A DNA stretch of 64,000 bases. Origin: an uncultured Bacillota bacterium (GTDB taxonomy: Bacteria > Bacillota > Clostridia > Christensenellales > UBA1242). Shown piece by piece: positions 57,481-64,000 of the stretch. Numbering within the stretch: position 1 is the first letter of the stretch; each line of letters opens with the position of its first letter. The stretch covers positions 69,542 to 133,541 of the forward strand of contig CAMMDQ010000002.1 of the NCBI GenBank assembly GCA_946495675.1, given 5' to 3'. The notes under the pieces were generated by a model. It was not told the DNA's origin, ran no database searches, and worked only from the letters and a program-made list of their open reading frames with translations. Position numbers and translations under genes: made by a program.

Positions 57481-57557
57481 TTATTTTCCCCTTTTATAAC
57501 AAATTTACCGCCAAACAAATTTCTTGCAAAAGCAGTTTGATATCTTTGAAAACTTTG

Positions 57558-58343
57558 CTAGTCAAGCTTCCCACCAACAATTTCGCCTTCTCCCACTATT
57601 TTCTTCCCCACTTTATTGTTAAATGCCAGCATCATAAGCAAAATTATTGCCATAAAAATACAAATTATATCAATGCAAACGATCAAAAGCCCCAACACAA
57701 AGTTGATATTTGCAAACACGCAAAGCAAAACTGTTACAACCGTCGCCACAACAATAAGTGCTGCAGCAGTAAGACTATAAATTAAAGTTTGTTTTTTATC
57801 AGTCGAAAATTTTTCTGCTTTGCCCCAGTCAACTTCAACCACTGTTTGATCAACTCCCTTCCATCTGTTTACCCTGCTGTTGTAACTTAAATTTCCTGTT
57901 TGCAAAAGAACTTCGGAAAGGTCTTGGCTGAATTTTATGATACTATTATCACCTTCATAAAACTTAACACCAAAAAACATTTGAACCAATTTATGCCAAA
58001 GATTGATAAAGAAAGCAGTAAATTTGTTGCCTGGTCGGTTTTTTGCCAAAGTTATACCTGCATTTGATGACAATATCTTTTCAAGTTTTTTTGCGTCAAC
58101 AGCTCTTCTTAAAATGAGTATTTGCCCAGCAAGCACAAACATTGACAGACTGTTTAGCATAGCTTCCCTATCAGTGCCATCTTTAAAAATCACATAACGC
58201 ACATTGTCGAGTTTTACAATTTGATCTTCTTGCTTTTCACTTAATCCAACAATAATGTTAACATCATAAAAGTGCGACAATCCATCAATCATTTGTTGAT
58301 AGCTTTTTAAATTGCTTCCGATTGGGATTAAAACATTTATCAT
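57558..58343 (-). CDS. membrane protein with N-terminal GT-A-like (glycosyltransferase 2-like) region
   Basis: 261 aa. The N-terminus MINVLIPIGSN...NIIVG resembles a GT2 beta-alpha start but shows no clear DxD. Two C-terminal TM helices. Confidence 0.55.
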   Translation of the reverse strand: MINVLIPIGSNLKSYQQMIDGLSHFYDVNIIVGLSEKQEDQIVKLDNVRYVIFKDGTDREAMLNSLSMFVLAGQILILRRAVDAKKLEKILSSNAGITLAKNRPGNKFTAFFINLWHKLVQMFFGVKFYEGDNSIIKFSQDLSEVLLQTGNLSYNSRVNRWKGVDQTVVEVDWGKAEKFSTDKKQTLIYSLTAAALIVVATVVTVLLCVFANINFVLGLLIVCIDIICIFMAIILLMMLAFNNKVGKKIVGEGEIVGGKLD

Positions 58344-58352
58344 AAGCTCTCC

Positions 58353-58778
58353 CTAACTCATTTTTTTGATTCGTCTTGCGTGCCTGCCGCCTTCAAAATC
58401 AGTTGTCAAAAAAACTTTTACTATTTTAATTGCCTTTTTGTATTTTGTTTCTTTAGCTCCAAGGCATAAAACGTTTGCATCATTGTGAGCACGAGCAAAC
58501 ATTGCATCATTTTCGCTTCTACAAAGGGCAGCTCTGATTTTTGGATTTCTATTTGCCGCCATTGACATTCCAATGCCTGTGCCGCAAATATATATTCCGA
58601 CATTTCGAGGATCTTCAAGCACTTTCATATTGCCCGCCTTCGCAAAATCAGGATAATCATCAAGTTGCTCACGGGAATAGCAGCCCACATCTATTGCTAT
58701 TATACTTTCCTTATTGAAAAATTTTTTTATTTCTTCCTTTAAAAGATACCCTGCATGATCACTGGCCAATACAATCAT
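58353..58778 (-). CDS. rpiB: ribose-5-phosphate isomerase B
   Basis: MIVLASDHAGY..., CGTGIGMSMAANR. ATGA overlap with the upstream gene. Confidence 0.93.
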   Translation of the reverse strand: MIVLASDHAGYLLKEEIKKFFNKESIIAIDVGCYSREQLDDYPDFAKAGNMKVLEDPRNVGIYICGTGIGMSMAANRNPKIRAALCRSENDAMFARAHNDANVLCLGAKETKYKKAIKIVKVFLTTDFEGGRHARRIKKMS

Positions 58779-59197
58779 TTCACTCTCCATTCATTGATTT
58801 TTTCTAATAAGATATTGATTCCTTTAAGCAGCTGGTTGAAAGTTAATTGATAGGCTTGCTCGTCGCATCCATAAGGATCAGCAACACCTTCAGCAATTAA
58901 ATCTTCAAAACTTATAACCTTCCCGCCAGGAATAAATTTTTTCATTTGGTTGTTCATGACAACATATAAAATATTTTTATCAATTTTTCCAAGTTTTACA
59001 CTTTTTCTGTTAGCAGATGATATATGATGATCTTTGAGCACCTTTTTTGCCAAAGATGAAATGTTTTCTCCAGTAGCATAAATACCGCGAGAAGAAACTT
59101 TGATTGACTTATCTTGATTTATCAGTTTTTTCAAGATGCGCTCTGCCATTATTGAGCGGCAAGTGTTTCCGGTGCAAACAAAAGCAATTTTTATCAT
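58775..59197 (-). CDS. low-molecular-weight protein-tyrosine/arginine phosphatase
   Basis: P-loop VCTGNTCRS and a DP motif near the C-terminus. Confidence 0.9.
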   Translation of the reverse strand: MIKIAFVCTGNTCRSIMAERILKKLINQDKSIKVSSRGIYATGENISSLAKKVLKDHHISSANRKSVKLGKIDKNILYVVMNNQMKKFIPGGKVISFEDLIAEGVADPYGCDEQAYQLTFNQLLKGINILLEKINEWRVK

Positions 59198-59284
59198 TTT
59201 TTCACCTTTAAGACAAGTTTAACATAGATTAAAAAAAAATCAAAAGGTTTTAAGCCTTTTGATAAACTTTTTTAATTTCAGCAA

Positions 59285-59647
59285 TCAGTCATTTTTCTTT
59301 TTTCCCTTTTTTTGCGGAATCACATCTTTTATGATGTTTTCAACTTTTTCCTTTTGCCAAAGTTTTTCAAGGTTAAATTTTTCTCTCACAGCAGGGATAA
59401 AACAGTTTAGCACCACTTTGTCAAAATCAAAAATAATCCATTCGCCTTTATTGTATCCTTCTGGAAAAGCATCAAAATCAAAATCCTTCATGATTTTGTC
59501 TGCCAGTCTTTTATTTTCAATAACATTACTCATCGACACAATAATCGAATTTGTGTTTTGCCCATCAATAGTTGTGTTGAAAACTGCAATGTCTTTGCAT
59601 TTTTGCTCTGAAAGATATTGAAGAAAATTTTTGACTAACTCTTCCAT
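59285..59647 (-). CDS. rsfS: ribosome silencing factor RsfS
   Basis: 120 aa with the Iojap-like pattern ...GEWIIFDFDKVVLNCF...REKFNLEKLW. Confidence 0.9.
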   Translation of the reverse strand: MEELVKNFLQYLSEQKCKDIAVFNTTIDGQNTNSIIVSMSNVIENKRLADKIMKDFDFDAFPEGYNKGEWIIFDFDKVVLNCFIPAVREKFNLEKLWQKEKVENIIKDVIPQKKGKKKND

Positions 59648-59702
59648 GCCCTGACTCCTTTAACGCCGCTTATTTTAAACAATATAATACATCAAAAACT
59701 TT

Positions 59703-60545
59703 TTGTCAAATTTTTTGTCTAACTTTAAAATTTTTGTCAATAAAAAAATTATGAAAGTATTTTTAAAAGCTTTAAAATTTTTAATTAAATTCGCTCTTGT
59801 TTTTATGATATTCTTTATCTGGCTTCGCTATGCTCTGGGCTCAGATTTGCAAGCAGCTTTGATTGGGTTGCCTTGCACTTTTATATTGATTGCACTGATC
59901 AATCTTTTAACCAAAAACAAAAAAGAAGCCTTGTCTTTAAAAAGCAAAGAGGAAGAGGAAGCTCGGCTTATGTTTGACAATTTGATTCAAAATAAAAACT
60001 ATGACTTCTTTTTTCAATTGGCAAAATCAAGACACAAAAACACTATAAAAAAAAGAATCTGCACCATCATAAACAATGCAGAAGGCAAAATAATGATTTA
60101 TCCATATTTAAAAATGAAACCTTTAGACAAGGATTCAACTCTTGCAATCAGCATTTCTGCAAATAAGCAAAAGGTTGCAAAAGTTGTCATATGTGCACAG
60201 AAAATTGAAAGTGATGTAGAGTCTTTTTGCAAAAATCTTGCCGTAGATATAGTTTTACTAGATCAATATGAATGTTATCAATATCTTTTCAAAGAATATG
60301 AATTTTATCCCCAACAAGCTGCCGAGCCATCTTCATCTGAGAGCAAATTCAAACAAATTTTATCTTATGCATTCAACCGCTCTCGCACCAAGGGGTATGT
60401 CTTATCCGCAGCTCTACTTCTCGCAATAAGTTTTTTCATTCAACAAAATCTATATTATTGCATTGTAGCAACTTTGCTTTTGCTGTTTGCTCTTGTGTCA
60501 ATGTTGAATAGCTGCGGTAAAACAAAGGTGAAAACGATTTTTTAA
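59703..60545 (+). CDS. hypothetical membrane protein (2+2 TM around a soluble domain)
   Basis: Long ORF. Start uncertain (TTG 59703 or ATG 59751, neither with a good RBS). Confidence 0.55.
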   Translation: MSNFLSNFKIFVNKKIMKVFLKALKFLIKFALVFMIFFIWLRYALGSDLQAALIGLPCTFILIALINLLTKNKKEALSLKSKEEEEARLMFDNLIQNKNYDFFFQLAKSRHKNTIKKRICTIINNAEGKIMIYPYLKMKPLDKDSTLAISISANKQKVAKVVICAQKIESDVESFCKNLAVDIVLLDQYECYQYLFKEYEFYPQQAAEPSSSESKFKQILSYAFNRSRTKGYVLSAALLLAISFFIQQNLYYCIVATLLLLFALVSMLNSCGKTKVKTIF

Positions 60546-60576
60546 ATCATTATACATGCAATTTCGCAATCAAAAT

Positions 60577-60807
60577 TTATAAAGTTAAAGCCCTCGACAT
60601 ATCATTTTCAGAAATATCAAGCCCAAGCGAAAAAAGCAATTCTTTTGGTGCCTCGATCACATTAGGGCACTCAAAATCATCCTTTCGTCCCAAAAAAATG
60701 TCGCCATTTTGATCAAAAAAAACTGCACTCCCATCCTCTGAAACAAATAATACATTTTTGGGTGCGGAGCACTTATCATTGCTGTTTTTAATATCAATAG
60801 ATGCCAT
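60577..60807 (-). CDS. hypothetical small protein (76 aa)
   Basis: GGAGGG RBS before ATG 60807. No recognisable motif. Confidence 0.6.
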   Translation of the reverse strand: MASIDIKNSNDKCSAPKNVLFVSEDGSAVFFDQNGDIFLGRKDDFECPNVIEAPKELLFSLGLDISENDMSRALTL

Positions 60808-60907
60808 AAATCCCTCCATTGATTATATTTTAGCTCCTATCACAAATTTGTCAAGATGTTATGAATAAAAAAATCTTGCTTGCTAGCAAGAAAATTTTTG
60901 TAAAAGT

Positions 60908-61207
60908 TTAAATGAGCTCAATATGCTTAAAATCCTTCTTAGTGCTAAATTTATAAACTACCACCATCGCCCCAATGACTTGAACTGGCTGCGCCGAAAG
61001 TTTTTGGCATATTTCTTGACAAACCTGCTCTGGTGCAAGTGGACAATTTTTCAGAACTTTAATTTTTATCAATTCACGGGCTTGCAAAAGAGCCTCAATA
61101 GCATCAAATGAATTTTCGCTTAACCCTTCTTTTCCAATCTGCATAACAGGATCAAGTGCATTTGCAAGTCCTCTTAGCATTGCTCGTTGTTTTGTTGTTA
61201 TCGCCAT
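60908..61207 (-). CDS. yhbY: YhbY-like CRM-domain RNA-binding protein
   Basis: LTTKQRAMLRGLANALDPVMQIGKEGLS... GxxG-type CRM signature. ATG 61207 behind AAGGAAAG. Confidence 0.88.
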   Translation of the reverse strand: MAITTKQRAMLRGLANALDPVMQIGKEGLSENSFDAIEALLQARELIKIKVLKNCPLAPEQVCQEICQKLSAQPVQVIGAMVVVYKFSTKKDFKHIELI

Positions 61208-61254
61208 AATCTCTTTCCTTTTAAAATTAAAAATTTTACTTACTCTTTCATGCA

Positions 61255-62523
61255 TCATTCAGTATATTCAAACACAATATCTTTAATTTGCACACTATCG
61301 CCATTTTTAAGCCCTCGCGCCTTAAGCATGTCAATAATTCCCATTTCTTTAAGTCTATTTTGAAAATATGCAAAAGACAAGTTATCCGAAAGCACAACAC
61401 CACGAATAAAATTGTCAATTCTGCCGCCTTCAACAACAAAGGTTCCATTATCAAGACGACTGATATTTATTGACTCAACATCTTTTTTATCAAAATCAAA
61501 TTCTTCAACAGCAAGTGCACTTTTCTTTGGAATCTGCGACAGTTTTTCAAGAGTCTTAAGCTTAAGAATTTCTATGCCCTGCATTGTCGCACCTGAAATT
61601 GTTATAAAATCTTTCCCTGTTTCTTTTTTAAATCGCTCTTGCCTTTCTTTTAAAGTCTGTTCGTCAACAAGGTCGGCTTTTGACAGCACAACAATTTGCG
61701 GAGTGTTGCCAAGATCTTCGCTATACGAAGATAACTCATCATTAATAACCTTAAAGTCCTCAACAAAATCTCTGCCATCACTTTGTGAAATATCAACAAG
61801 ATGCAAAATAAGCCTCACCCTTTCAACATGCTTCAAAAAATGATGCCCCAATCCTTGACCTTCACTTGCACCTTCAATCAGTCCTGGAATGTCAGCCACA
61901 ACAAAAGTTTGTCCCTTTACTGCGCAAACTCCAAGATTTGGGTAAAGAGTTGTAAAAGGATAATTTGCAATTTTTGGATTTGCATTTGAAATGCATGAAA
62001 GCAAAGTAGATTTACCAGCATTTGGGAAGCCAACAAGCCCAACATCTGCGATTGTTTTAAGCTCTAAAATAACTTCTTTAGTTTGCGTTGTCTCTCCTGT
62101 TTGTGAATAGTGTGGTGCTTGCTTTATTGATGATTTGTAATAGGCGTTCCCGTGCCCGCCTTTACCACCTTTCAAAGCAATAAATTTCATGCCATCTTCA
62201 TACAGGTCTGCAATAATTTTGTTGGTTTGACTATCAATAATCACCGTGCCACAAGGGACTAAAATCACTTCGTCCTTTCCGTTTGCTCCAGTTTGCAATT
62301 TTTTTGCTCCATCCTGGCCATTTTCAGCCACAAATTTTTTCTTGAATTGAAAGTTGTAAAGAGTGTTTAGATTTGCTGTTGCCTCAAATACAATGTCTCC
62401 ACCTTTTCCACCTTCGCCACCATCAGGACCGCCAAAAGCAGTCATTGCGTTGCGCAAAAAAGAGGTCGAACCTTTTCCACCATTGCCAGCTTTTATTGAA
62501 ATTTTCACTCTGTCCAAAAACAT
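61255..62523 (-). CDS. obg: GTPase ObgE/CgtA
   Basis: N-terminal Gly-rich Obg fold (GNGGKG, GGDGG), G-domain GFPNAGKST / DIPGLIEGA / SKAD, and a C-terminal OCT domain. Confidence 0.97.
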   Translation of the reverse strand: MFLDRVKISIKAGNGGKGSTSFLRNAMTAFGGPDGGEGGKGGDIVFEATANLNTLYNFQFKKKFVAENGQDGAKKLQTGANGKDEVILVPCGTVIIDSQTNKIIADLYEDGMKFIALKGGKGGHGNAYYKSSIKQAPHYSQTGETTQTKEVILELKTIADVGLVGFPNAGKSTLLSCISNANPKIANYPFTTLYPNLGVCAVKGQTFVVADIPGLIEGASEGQGLGHHFLKHVERVRLILHLVDISQSDGRDFVEDFKVINDELSSYSEDLGNTPQIVVLSKADLVDEQTLKERQERFKKETGKDFITISGATMQGIEILKLKTLEKLSQIPKKSALAVEEFDFDKKDVESINISRLDNGTFVVEGGRIDNFIRGVVLSDNLSFAYFQNRLKEMGIIDMLKARGLKNGDSVQIKDIVFEYTE

Positions 62524-62588
62524 CCTTACCTCTTTTCAATTTTCTATATATAGTATCTATTCTGCGTTGCATAATAGCTTATTTTGTG

Positions 62589-63260
62589 CTAGTCTGCAAA
62601 ATTTAATAATTGTTTTTTATCTTTGCTTTGGCAAATATTGTAAAACGGGCATCGGTCGCATTGTGGAGACTGACTTTTGCAAATATATCTTCCAAACAAA
62701 ACTAGCTGCAGATGCAGCTTTGACCAATCTTTTTTATCAAAAAGGTCATTCAAAGCAAGTTCACAGTTCAATGGATTGTCTGTTTTAACAAGTCCTAGAC
62801 GATTTGAAACTCTCAAAACATGGGTGTCAACTGCAATAGCATCCCCCTTAAAATATTCTCCTATCACAACATTTGCAGTTTTTCTCCCAACACCTGCAAG
62901 CGAAACCAAATCTTCTTGACTTGACGGAACTTTTCCAGCAAATCTTTCAAGCAGATCACTGCTCATTGAAAGGATGTTTTTGGCTTTGTTATGATAGAAG
63001 CCGCAAGAATGTATTTTTTCTTCAAGTTGCTGTTGAGTTAAAGTCAACATCTTTTGCGGTGTGTTAAACTCTTTAAAAAGCTCTTTTGTTACAATATTGA
63101 CTCGTTTATCTGTGCACTGCGCTGACAAAATAACTGCAACTAAAAGCTCATAAGCACTTTTATAATCAAGTTCACAACTCGGATCTGGGAATAATTTATC
63201 AAGACCCGCTGAAATAAGTTTTGCTTTGTTTTTCACTTTTTCTTCGGTTTTGCTTGTCAT
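62589..63260 (-). CDS. nth: endonuclease III
   Basis: HhH-GPD (LAGVGRKTANVV, DTHV) and the 4Fe-4S cluster C-x6-C-x2-C-x5-C (CKSQSPQCDRCPFYNIC). Confidence 0.95.
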   Translation of the reverse strand: MTSKTEEKVKNKAKLISAGLDKLFPDPSCELDYKSAYELLVAVILSAQCTDKRVNIVTKELFKEFNTPQKMLTLTQQQLEEKIHSCGFYHNKAKNILSMSSDLLERFAGKVPSSQEDLVSLAGVGRKTANVVIGEYFKGDAIAVDTHVLRVSNRLGLVKTDNPLNCELALNDLFDKKDWSKLHLQLVLFGRYICKSQSPQCDRCPFYNICQSKDKKQLLNFAD

Positions 63261-63269
63261 AAATATCTC

Positions 63270-64000
63270 CTATTTCATAAGAGGGAAAAGAATGGTGTCG
63301 CGAATGTTTGGAAGATCGAAGATAAATTGAATAAATCTGTCGATTCCAAAGCCAAGCCCTGAAATTGGAGGCATGCCGTGCTCCATAGCCAGCAAGAAAT
63401 CTTCATCAACATCCATCGTCTCCTCATCCCCCTGAGCTTTTTCTTGCAACTGATCTTCAAGAGTTTTGCGTTGAACAATAGGGTCAACAAGCTCAGAATA
63501 AGCTTTAACAAGTTCTGCACCACCAGCAACAACTTGGAAAACATCGATTATTCTTTCATCTTTGTCGTTTCTTCTCGCAAGCGGAATTAAAACAGCTGGA
63601 TAGTTATACAATATTGTCGGGCTCACGATATTTGCTCTTATTTTGCGTTTGTATATATAGTCAATAAGCGTTCTAATAGTTTTGCATTCTTCAAGATCAC
63701 TATAACTGAACAGCCCCTGATCAACTACCTTTTTCTTAAATGCGTCAACATCATTTTCTGACAAAAAGTCAAATCCCAAAATCTCTTGCATTTTTGCAAC
63801 ATAATCTATTCTTGGCCATTCTCCTGCAAACTCAATCTCCTGCCCTTGATAAGAAATTTTTGTTGTGCCAAGGCATTGTTTGAGCAGTTGAGGTATCAAT
63901 TCTTTGAAAAATTTGATGTTGTCTTCAAAGTCCCAGTAAGAAGCATACCATTCAACTTGAGTAAATTCTTGCAAATGCGAAGGATCCATGCCTTCGTTTC
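63270..64000 (-). CDS. lysS: lysine--tRNA ligase, class II (C-terminal part; 5' end outside window)
   Basis: Class IIb core with the C-terminus GLGFGIDRFIQFIFDLPNIRDTILFPLMK. The frame is open to the window edge. Confidence 0.92.
   Translation of the reverse strand, partial: NEGMDPSHLQEFTQVEWYASYWDFEDNIKFFKELIPQLLKQCLGTTKISYQGQEIEFAGEWPRIDYVAKMQEILGFDFLSENDVDAFKKKVVDQGLFSYSDLEECKTIRTLIDYIYKRKIRANIVSPTILYNYPAVLIPLARRNDKDERIIDVFQVVAGGAELVKAYSELVDPIVQRKTLEDQLQEKAQGDEETMDVDEDFLLAMEHGMPPISGLGFGIDRFIQFIFDLPNIRDTILFPLMK

Overview
AT-rich chromosomal segment from an endospore-forming Bacillota (Firmicutes, Clostridia-like) genome. It holds about 79 CDS, 2 tRNAs, one T-box and one ribosomal-protein leader, and is almost entirely core housekeeping. 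Left part, nearly all on +: infB-rbfA-nrnA-truB, efp, the complete spoIIIAA-AH operon, asp23-nusB-xseA-proS-xseB, infC-rpmI-rplT, yebC, spoIVB. Right part, nearly all on -: rny, tgt-queA-ruvBAC, recN-argR, thiI-iscS, pheST with a Phe T-box, rnhA, asnS-aspS, clpXP-tig, gap, rpiB, rsfS, obg, nth, lysS. Coding polarity flips from + (27 of 28 CDS before 20.9 kb) to - (36 of 40 CDS after 27.5 kb), which is the convergent pattern expected at a replication terminus. The switch zone holds a small accessory islet: a membrane-anchored PadR regulator, a DUF45 metallopeptidase, an orphan 317-aa protein with a nucleotidyltransferase-like C-terminal signature, serS, a long XerS-like tyrosine recombinase, and two related sets of palindromes 2.6 kb apart that share an exact 14-mer and 11-mer. 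I consider this recombinase and palindrome module the most interesting thing in the window. Other points worth a second look: an uncharacterised, tightly coupled three-gene operon (45996-48169) with a predicted tandem OB-fold protein near tRNA-Ser; a tRNA-Leu with an A34 (AAG) anticodon behind a perfect consensus promoter, plus a 51-bp duplication of its 3' end and terminator; a stand-alone EncFtn-like mini-ferritin; an ATT start codon and attenuator for infC; proS wedged between xseA and xseB; and a cloverleaf-shaped multi-hairpin element after rny. I saw no CRISPR array, rRNA, transposase/IS or obvious prophage. All family assignments come from reading the translated ORFs; no database search was run.
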